From Chlamydiota bacterium (lineage in GTDB: Bacteria > Chlamydiota > Chlamydiia > Chlamydiales > SM23-39), in assembly GCA_050049995.1 (NCBI GenBank), contig JASFVE010000049.1, positions 1 to 14,083 of the forward strand: 14,083 nucleotides of DNA. Direction: 5' to 3'. Positions 8,058 to 14,083 of this stretch are shown here, piece after piece. The position numbers were made by a program, and so were the translations under genes. How positions within the stretch are numbered: the first letter of the stretch is position 1; each line of letters starts with the position of its first letter. The notes under the pieces are model-generated. The model saw only the letters and a list, made by a program, of their open reading frames with translations, searched no databases and was not told where the DNA came from.

Positions 8058-9770
8058 TCAACTCACCTTTTTAGAGTTTTTATCGTACTCTTCAATCATC
8101 TGAACAAACACATCTTCTAAAGTAGGGTTGGGATTATCGGAGGTTTTCACCTGATCTTTAAGGGCATTAGGTGTATCTACTTTAATAATTTTCCCTCTGT
8201 AGACTAGAGCAATTCTATCGCAATACTCCGCCTCTTCCATAAAGTGGGTAGTAATCATAATAGTCACTTTTTTGGCTACTAACCCATTAATATGATTCCA
8301 AAACTCTCTTCTAGTAACAGGGTCAACACCTGAAGTTGGCTCATCTAAAAATAATACCTTAGGATGATGCATGTTAGCGCAAGCCAAGCTAAGCCTTTGT
8401 TTATAGCCCAGTGGTAGCGACTCTGAAGGATGGCGAAGGTAGTTTTTCAAGTTAAAGATCTCAATCATCTCTTCTATAGCCTGTTTTTTCTCCTCTTTTT
8501 CTAGGTTATAAATCCCAGCAAAGAAATTGAGATTCTGCTCAACATTTAAATTTCCATAGAGAGAAAACTTCTGCGCCATATATCCGATATTTGCCCTAGC
8601 AACACCTGGTGCCTTTTGTAGGTCTACGTCATTGACTGATGCTTTTCCAGCTGTCGGCTTTAAGAGACCGCAAAGCATTTTAAATGTTGTCGTCTTGCCA
8701 GCTCCATTAGGCCCTAACAAACCAAAAATCTCTCCTTTCTGAATATTTAAAGAAATAGAATCAACAGCAGTAAAATTCCCGAATTTTTTCGTAAGACTAT
8801 CAGCTACTATCGGAGTGGCTGTCTCATTTTCAACAAGAGGGGCTCTTTCAGCCAGCTTAGACTCTCCTTTAGGAACGCCTTGCAAAATATTGATAAAAGC
8901 ATCTTCAAAACGAGGGGGTACTTCCTTTGCTTGTACATCTTTTTCTATGCTTTTCTTTTCTTTTAATACAATGCGAAGATCACGCCCATGAATTACCCCG
9001 TCCATTACATTGTCTTCTTTTAAGAGCTCAAAAAGTAACTTTCGACGGTCTCCTTTAATTTCTATGACCTCAAAAGTTTTTCCGGACATTTTTTCAGTAA
9101 GCTCTTTTGGATCTCCGTTATAAAGTAGCGTCCCTTTATTCAATAAAAGAACGTTATTACATTTTTCAGCCTCATCTAAATAGGCAGTACTCCAAACAAC
9201 AGAGATCCCTTCTTTAACTAACTGCTCTACCATCTTCCAAAGTTCTCGCCTTGAGATGGGGTCAACACCAACACTCGGTTCATCTAAAAGAAGAAGATCT
9301 GGTTTTTTAATAAGAGAGCAGGCAAGGCCTAACTTTTGTTTCATTCCACCTGAAAGATTTCTGGCTAGTCGGTTGGTAAACTCAGCAAGACTTGTAAAAT
9401 GTAGCAGTTTTTCACAAGCTTGCTTCTTTTCTTCTCCTATGACATTTCGCAAGCTGGCATAGAGATTCAGGTTTTGTTGTACTGTTAAATCTTCATATAG
9501 ACCAAACTTTTGTGGCATGTATCCGGTAACATAATGAATAAATTCAGCTTCTTTGATAGTGTCATGCCCTTGAACCGTGATAGAGCCTTCTGTAGGAATT
9601 AATAATCCGGCCATTAGCCGCATCAAAGTTGTTTTTCCAGCGCCATCAGGACCTACTAATCCAACAATTTGTCCTTTGGGAATAGTGGCATTAATATTTT
9701 TTAAGGCAGGATTATCTTCCGTAGGAAACACCTTGGAAAGCTCTTTGATTTCCACAAGTAATTCACTCAA
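8058..9770 (-). CDS. ybhF: Tandem-NBD ABC transporter ATP-binding protein, YbhF-like
   Basis: Two Walker A motifs (GPDGAGKT, GPNGAGKT), two Walker B motifs (LLLLDEP, LFLDEP), signatures LSGGM and LPLGY, and YMPQKFGLY / YMAQKFSLY Q-loops. TTG start. Confidence 0.93.
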   Translation of the reverse strand: MSELLVEIKELSKVFPTEDNPALKNINATIPKGQIVGLVGPDGAGKTTLMRLMAGLLIPTEGSITVQGHDTIKEAEFIHYVTGYMPQKFGLYEDLTVQQNLNLYASLRNVIGEEKKQACEKLLHFTSLAEFTNRLARNLSGGMKQKLGLACSLIKKPDLLLLDEPSVGVDPISRRELWKMVEQLVKEGISVVWSTAYLDEAEKCNNVLLLNKGTLLYNGDPKELTEKMSGKTFEVIEIKGDRRKLLFELLKEDNVMDGVIHGRDLRIVLKEKKSIEKDVQAKEVPPRFEDAFINILQGVPKGESKLAERAPLVENETATPIVADSLTKKFGNFTAVDSISLNIQKGEIFGLLGPNGAGKTTTFKMLCGLLKPTAGKASVNDVDLQKAPGVARANIGYMAQKFSLYGNLNVEQNLNFFAGIYNLEKEEKKQAIEEMIEIFNLKNYLRHPSESLPLGYKQRLSLACANMHHPKVLFLDEPTSGVDPVTRREFWNHINGLVAKKVTIMITTHFMEEAEYCDRIALVYRGKIIKVDTPNALKDQVKTSDNPNPTLEDVFVQMIEEYDKNSKKVS

Positions 9771-9773
9771 AGC

Positions 9774-10601
9774 TCACCTGACATTTAATTTGACAGTTAC
9801 TGGCATCCCTTGCACAAGACCGTGATCCGGATTATTTACATAAACCCTCAGTCGATATACAAGGTCAGTACGTAATTGTAGGGTTTCTACAGTCTTGGGT
9901 GTAAATTCAGCTACAGGAGAGATAAATCCAACCTGACCTTCATACCTTCTACCACTATCAGTAAATACGGTAGCTCTCATACCATAATATACTTTCCCTA
10001 AGTCTGGTTCATCAACAAAGGCGCGGACCCATACTGGAGAAATTACGGAAAGTGTATAGACGGGATCAGCTGGATTAACGACTGTTCCAGGCTCACGAAT
10101 GCGAGTTAGAATAATTCCATCAGTTGGCGCGCATGCTTTAGTATAGTCTAAATTGTCTTTGGCAACAGCTATTGCAGCATTGGCTTGAAGCAGGTTTGCA
10201 TATAGCTGGTCGCGATTGGCCTCGGCATCATCTAAATCCTCTTGAGAAACTCCTCCAATATCTATTAGCTCCAAGCGCCTTTGTAATAAAATCTCAGCAT
10301 TATCTAAATTCACCTGAATTGCTTTAGCAGTAGCGATTGCCTCCTGAAGTTGGCTATCATAAGGAGTTGTATTCAAGGTGCACATTAAACACCCTTTGTT
10401 TACTTTATCCCCTTCTTCATAAAAAAGTTCATCTACTTGACCGCTTACTCTAAAGCCGATATCTACCTGGCGGACATCAACATTGCCAAAAAGGGTAATC
10501 TCATTGCGGTCCTCTCTTTCTTTATATGCATAAACAATAATAGCGACGACAACCGCTGCTACAGCCAGAATAATAACAGAAAAAAGAATCGTCTTTTTCA
10601 T
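9774..10601 (-). CDS. ybhG: HlyD-family periplasmic adaptor (membrane fusion protein), YbhG-like
   Basis: N-terminal TM anchor, LFGNVDVRQVDIGFRVSG, and GFISPVAEFTPKTVETLQLRTDLVYRLRV, characteristic of YbhG. Confidence 0.92.
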   Translation of the reverse strand: MKKTILFSVIILAVAAVVVAIIVYAYKEREDRNEITLFGNVDVRQVDIGFRVSGQVDELFYEEGDKVNKGCLMCTLNTTPYDSQLQEAIATAKAIQVNLDNAEILLQRRLELIDIGGVSQEDLDDAEANRDQLYANLLQANAAIAVAKDNLDYTKACAPTDGIILTRIREPGTVVNPADPVYTLSVISPVWVRAFVDEPDLGKVYYGMRATVFTDSGRRYEGQVGFISPVAEFTPKTVETLQLRTDLVYRLRVYVNNPDHGLVQGMPVTVKLNVR

Positions 10602-10604
10602 AAT

Positions 10605-10622
10605 CCCCTACTTAATTAGGGG
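10605..10622 (-). promoter_or_regulatory. Hairpin sequestering the putative ribosome-binding site of ybhG
   Basis: mRNA sense CCCCUA-AUUAAG-UAGGGG-AUU-AUG. The 3' arm is the purine-rich SD-like sequence next to the start codon. Confidence 0.5.
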
Positions 10623-10723
10623 TGTATCTCTGTAGAAAAAAAAAGGCAATATTTTTCTTAGTAATTTTTGTTATAAAAAATTTATAGAAGTTTTATCGAA
10701 CTTTTTTCAAAGAAAATGTTTTC

Positions 10724-10766
10724 AACTTAAGTTGCAAGCTAAAAGAAGAATCTTGCAACTTAAGTT
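10724..10766. repeat. Perfect 15-bp inverted repeat whose arms each contain the palindrome AACTTAAGTT
   Basis: AACTTAAGTTGCAAG (10724-10738), 13-nt spacer, CTTGCAACTTAAGTT (10752-10766). Confidence 0.85.
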
Positions 10767-10804
10767 AGATGTACTGGAGAAAAAATCCAGGCATCATCTG
10801 TTTT

Positions 10805-10826
10805 AAAGGATCAGGACGATCCTTTT
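10805..10826. terminator. Hairpin, possible intrinsic terminator downstream of the CaaX gene
   Basis: AAAGGATC-AGGAC-GATCCTTT with short A/T tails, about 50 bp after the 10875 stop. Confidence 0.4.
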
Positions 10827-10874
10827 GGATCACACTGCATAAGACAATTGTACTCACAACAATGGATAAAATTA

Positions 10875-11339
10875 TTACTGCACTATGCACTGTGTCTGGC
10901 TTGGAACCTCCTCTTTAGGAGTTAGTGTTACTTCAGTAATAAAGGGGAAATTGTCAATAGTTGCTTTTTTTATTTCTTCTGGTAAAGATTCATCTTGGAG
11001 CATCCATCCTAATACCGCAGCATGATTTTTTACATACTCATTGATTTTTGCGGCTACTTGATCATCTTTCACTTGTGTTTTTGCAAGTATATGAGCTCCT
11101 AAAAAATCTGCTAAATTTACACCATTAAACAGAGAGCCTAGGGGCTCTATTGTTGTCAGTAATCTATTATTAAACTCCTCAAGGCTATATTCACTATTTT
11201 CTTCATGTGTTTCACGACAAGCTACCATTAATATTAGAGGAGCTGGCTCCTTAAAGGGAAAGTTCATTGGCATCTCTTCCCATTGTTGATTTTGACATTG
11301 GCTTACAATATCTTGTAATGGAATTGATGGACTAGACAT
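10875..11339 (-). CDS. Hypothetical protein with C-terminal CaaX motif (putative host-prenylated effector)
   Basis: 154-aa ORF with AAGAGG SD upstream. Ends ...SQTQ-CIVQ*; Ser/Pro-rich N-terminus MSSPSIP. Confidence 0.72.
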   Translation of the reverse strand: MSSPSIPLQDIVSQCQNQQWEEMPMNFPFKEPAPLILMVACRETHEENSEYSLEEFNNRLLTTIEPLGSLFNGVNLADFLGAHILAKTQVKDDQVAAKINEYVKNHAAVLGWMLQDESLPEEIKKATIDNFPFITEVTLTPKEEVPSQTQCIVQ

Positions 11340-11505
11340 AAGAACCTCTTAATTAATTTTTTATAAATTCGAGAAAACTATAAAAAACTTTTTTACTAAA
11401 AGACAACTTCTAAAATTGCTTAATAGATAAATTAGGACTTTCTTCAGGCAGTAGTCTATATGAGAGAAGAGGAATTGTATCGCGATATTTTTTTTAGTAT
11501 CCTTT

Positions 11506-12015
11506 TTAAGCTAAGTGTAAAAGAAAAAGAGGGAAAGGATAACTCACTTCATCGTGTGGGTGCATATGAGTACGATAGCCTATATCTATACTTCCATGAC
11601 ATGCTACTGAATGATATATCTCCTTGTTGATGTTCAAGGGAGTGGCTACAACGTCCAATATTCCATTTACAATACATCCAAAAGGAACTGTTGCCTCTAA
11701 AGTACCTCGGGCAATTTGGGCAATTCCAGTTAAAATAGCTTCATCATACCATCGTCCAATAATGGCTCCCGACTCAGCATTCCGATCACCAATAGAGGCT
11801 GTAATGCTAACTATAGCTAGGCCTATTACCATGCGGATACAACCCGATATAGTTGAGGTACCTGGAATATAACCTAATATATTCAAAAAAAAATTGTTAA
11901 TACGCAAGGCTGTAACAGCAATATTTCTTAAAGGTCGAGGGAAAAACAGCGCTTCATTAAATCTTGTATTAAAAGTCTCTCTAGTAACAGAGCGAATACC
12001 ATAAGTATTGAACAT
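11506..12015 (-). CDS. Hypothetical membrane-associated protein
   Basis: 169-aa ORF with AGGAG SD upstream. Hydrophobic segments NILGYIPGTSTISGCIRMVIGLAIV and RGTLEATVPFGCIVNGILDVV; hydrophobic C-terminus. Confidence 0.75.
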   Translation of the reverse strand: MFNTYGIRSVTRETFNTRFNEALFFPRPLRNIAVTALRINNFFLNILGYIPGTSTISGCIRMVIGLAIVSITASIGDRNAESGAIIGRWYDEAILTGIAQIARGTLEATVPFGCIVNGILDVVATPLNINKEIYHSVACHGSIDIGYRTHMHPHDEVSYPFPLFLLHLA

Positions 12016-12133
12016 ACCTAGCTCCTAGTTCTTTATTTTTTGTAAAAAATTCTACTCCTTATACTAATTTAAGAGTAGATCTACTTTTTTAAAGCTGCAT
12101 GTAATAAAAAAAATTTACAAAGCCACATAGCTT

Positions 12134-12490
12134 TCAACTACATACTTTATTTGGGATTTTTTTTAAGGAAAATGCGCCTTGCACCAATTTAAAGGCGGGC
12201 CTATTTTCTTTTTCATAAATAATAGGAAATCCAATTAGCTGTTTGCATTGAGGACATTTAACCGATAAACAATTTTTTTTATCGAAAGAATAATTTTGCA
12301 ATTTAGCCAAATCTTCAGGATAAAAAATTCTATCTAAATAACACCTTTTTAAAGGGCCTGGACCATCTTTTTGATAATACATTATGATGTGTTCACATAT
12401 GCTACATGACATCTTTAATAAAGCTGGAGTTCCTCTTTTTTTTGTATATGTGTCATTTTTAAATTTTATTTTTGTGAGAACACCTTCCAT
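12134..12490 (-). CDS. Hypothetical zinc-binding protein (CxxC ... CxxC)
   Basis: C29-x2-C32 and C79-x2-C82 flank a YQKDGPGPLKRCYLDRI motif; basic protein of 118 aa. Confidence 0.8.
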   Translation of the reverse strand: MEGVLTKIKFKNDTYTKKRGTPALLKMSCSICEHIIMYYQKDGPGPLKRCYLDRIFYPEDLAKLQNYSFDKKNCLSVKCPQCKQLIGFPIIYEKENRPAFKLVQGAFSLKKIPNKVCS

Positions 12491-12509
12491 CAGATAAAAA
12501 ATTTAATTT

Positions 12510-12526
12510 TTAAGATGACATCTTAA
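12510..12526. promoter_or_regulatory. Perfect 17-bp odd palindrome just upstream of the zinc-protein start
   Basis: TTAAGATG-A-CATCTTAA, about 20 bp upstream of the ATG at 12490. Confidence 0.4.
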
Positions 12527-12965
12527 TTTATTGTCGAAAATATAGGAACAAGTTTGCTCCTTCATCTAAAAAAAACTATATACTTCTATCGAACAAGCAG
12601 CATTTACCACTGCTTTATTGCCAATGTTGCGGATTCCACACTCCTGAATCTTCTGTCAGGAATATATTCATGGAATTTAAATACAATGCCCAAAATATTT
12701 GCTATGATAGCTTAAGATTTAAACGGCCTGAAATCAACCGAGATTTAGCTAAAAACAATGTTTTACAACAGTTTTTTTCTATTAGGTCTGAAGAAAAGGA
12801 GTCCATTTGGGAAATTCGCAGACTATCTAAATTGAAGATTAGGAAACTAAGTCTGCTTTTTTAAGACATCATAATGAAATATGGGCCAACCTCGATTGAA
12901 TAATCGAAAATCATTTACGATTAAACATTCATGATTCTGCTGAGTTATTTTTTTGTATATGCCTC

Positions 12966-13006
12966 AATAACTCTCAATAAACCCTTATTAAATACTGAGA
13001 GTTATT
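12966..13006. terminator. 11-bp inverted repeat downstream of the ankyrin gene, possible terminator
   Basis: AATAACTCTCA (12966-12976) and TGAGAGTTATT (12996-13006), about 30 bp after the ankyrin stop. AT-rich stem with a long loop. Confidence 0.4.
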
Positions 13007-13037
13007 TTACTTTATTAGAAGCTAGACATTTTGCCGA

Positions 13038-14083
13038 TCAACTTTTTAAGGCTTTGCTTTTTTCTTGAAAAACAGCGAGTAAATCATCATCCCCTTCAGC
13101 CATTTCTAATGGAGATTGACCTTCCTTATTTTTGATATTTACGTTAGCGCCTTTACTAATTAGATAGGCAGCTACTGTTAAATCTCTGACCCTTATAGCA
13201 ATATGTAAAGAAGTCATCCCATCGATATCAGGTTTATTGATATCCGCTCCTGCTTGAATCAACCGCTCAATTACAGCCTCGGTTGCATTTGAAAGAAAAG
13301 ATAGATCAACCTCCTCAATAAAATCATGCAAGGCAGTTCTTTCTTTAGGTCCATAAGCAACATTTGGATCAACGCCATTATTAAGAAGGAAGTTCAACTG
13401 CTCAAGGGCTACCTCGAATTCCTTTTTTTCTCTTTCAATGAACTCATCAATTCCAAAAGATCCAGCTAATATACGTGTTTCTTCTGAAATGCCAATATTC
13501 GATAATTTACTAATCAATTTACACAATATAGTTTGGTTTCCATAAGCATTTGTCTTATTTAAATCAGCCCCACGGCTTACAAGAAGACCTAAGATGGGCA
13601 ACCATTCCTCTGATTCATAAGAGTCAAACATGAGAGGAACAAACCAAGGCACAGCTACTTCAATTGGATCACCAAGAGGATCTATTTCTAACCGATCAAC
13701 TTTGTTCGTCACCTCTAACAGCATTTCTACTGCTTGAAAGCTCCCTGCTTTAGCAGCTCTTTCTAAAGGTGACTTTCCTTCATATTTATTGGGATTAGCG
13801 CCATTTGCTAAAAGACAACGAAGTATACTTATAGAATTTCTTGCAAAATCATTATCTCTAATTTTAGCTCCCGGAACAGCAGAAGGATCACTTATTACAT
13901 TTGAAGCCGCAATACAAAGAGGGGTTTCCCCCCTTCTATTTGCTAGATTAATATCAGCTCCTCTTTGAAGAAGTTCTCGCACTTGATTTATATCACCTTT
14001 TTCAACAGCTTCATGAATCAAGGCATTTCCATAACGATTTAGTTCATTGATGCTAAAATTGCTTAAATATTCGGCAATCTTTG
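13038..14083 (-). CDS. Ankyrin repeat protein (5' end outside the window)
   Basis: Ankyrin motifs YGNALIHEAVEKGD, GETPLCIAA, GKSPLERAAKAG, RTALHDF, GMTSLHIAI, GQSPLEMA with GADIN/GANPN/GANVN turns. The frame stays open from 14021 to the window edge (KIAEYLSNFSINELNRYGNA-L), so the TTG at 14021 is probably internal. Confidence 0.92.
   Translation of the reverse strand, partial: KIAEYLSNFSINELNRYGNALIHEAVEKGDINQVRELLQRGADINLANRRGETPLCIAASNVISDPSAVPGAKIRDNDFARNSISILRCLLANGANPNKYEGKSPLERAAKAGSFQAVEMLLEVTNKVDRLEIDPLGDPIEVAVPWFVPLMFDSYESEEWLPILGLLVSRGADLNKTNAYGNQTILCKLISKLSNIGISEETRILAGSFGIDEFIEREKKEFEVALEQLNFLLNNGVDPNVAYGPKERTALHDFIEEVDLSFLSNATEAVIERLIQAGADINKPDIDGMTSLHIAIRVRDLTVAAYLISKGANVNIKNKEGQSPLEMAEGDDDLLAVFQEKSKALKS

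Noticed and set aside
4699..10619. Short ORFs 4699-5007, 5209-5463, 5237-5476, 5361-5543, 7082-7288, 7352-7561, 9256-9462, 9577-9825 and 10437-10619
   Set aside because: Shadows within the efflux operon genes.
10724..10826. CRISPR array, tRNA or attC interpretation of the hairpin cluster
   Set aside because: No regularly spaced direct repeats, no cloverleaf, and no cas or integrase gene in the window.
10835..10846. TGT CTT ATG CAG (CLMQ) echo of the CIVQ tail downstream of the CaaX gene
   Set aside because: Out of frame, not followed by a stop and too short to distinguish from chance.
11624..11872. Plus-strand 82-aa ORF
   Set aside because: Antisense to the 169-aa gene that has a clear SD.
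12134..12148. C-terminal KVCS of the zinc protein as a second prenylation signal
   Set aside because: Cys is second from the end, not fourth; not a CaaX motif.
12670..12864. 64-aa ORF as a confident CDS
   Set aside because: No SD, no motif and opposite orientation to its neighbours; kept only as a possible remnant.
14019..14021. TTG at 14021 as the ankyrin start
   Set aside because: It lies inside an ankyrin repeat and the frame is open to the window edge.

Overview
AT-rich bacterial window. Gene content (a CaaX-ending orphan, an ankyrin protein, small hydrophobic orphans) suggests an environmental Chlamydiae-like or other host-associated intracellular bacterium; this is inference. Left part: the 5' portion of a CopB-type (CPH motif) P1B ATPase, missed by the ORF track, whose N-terminus carries a metallothionein-like CxCxxCxC motif plus a His-rich stretch. 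It is divergent, across a 33-bp palindrome, from a TauE/SafE transporter, an unannotated 49-aa AP2/arm-DNA-binding-like protein, and an overlapping extended-SDR plus atypical VKOR-family gene pair. Middle: a complete minus-strand ybhG-ybhF-ybhS-ybhR-like ABC efflux operon with its own NodT/TolC-type outer-membrane lipoprotein. It is preceded by three tandem hairpins and a hairpin covering the ribosome-binding site. Right: effector-like and orphan genes (CaaX protein, membrane orphan, CxxC...CxxC zinc protein, 5'-truncated ankyrin protein). No rRNA, tRNA, CRISPR or transposase was recognised. The best candidate for an undescribed system is the CopB / TauE / mini DNA-binding protein / SDR / VKOR cluster.
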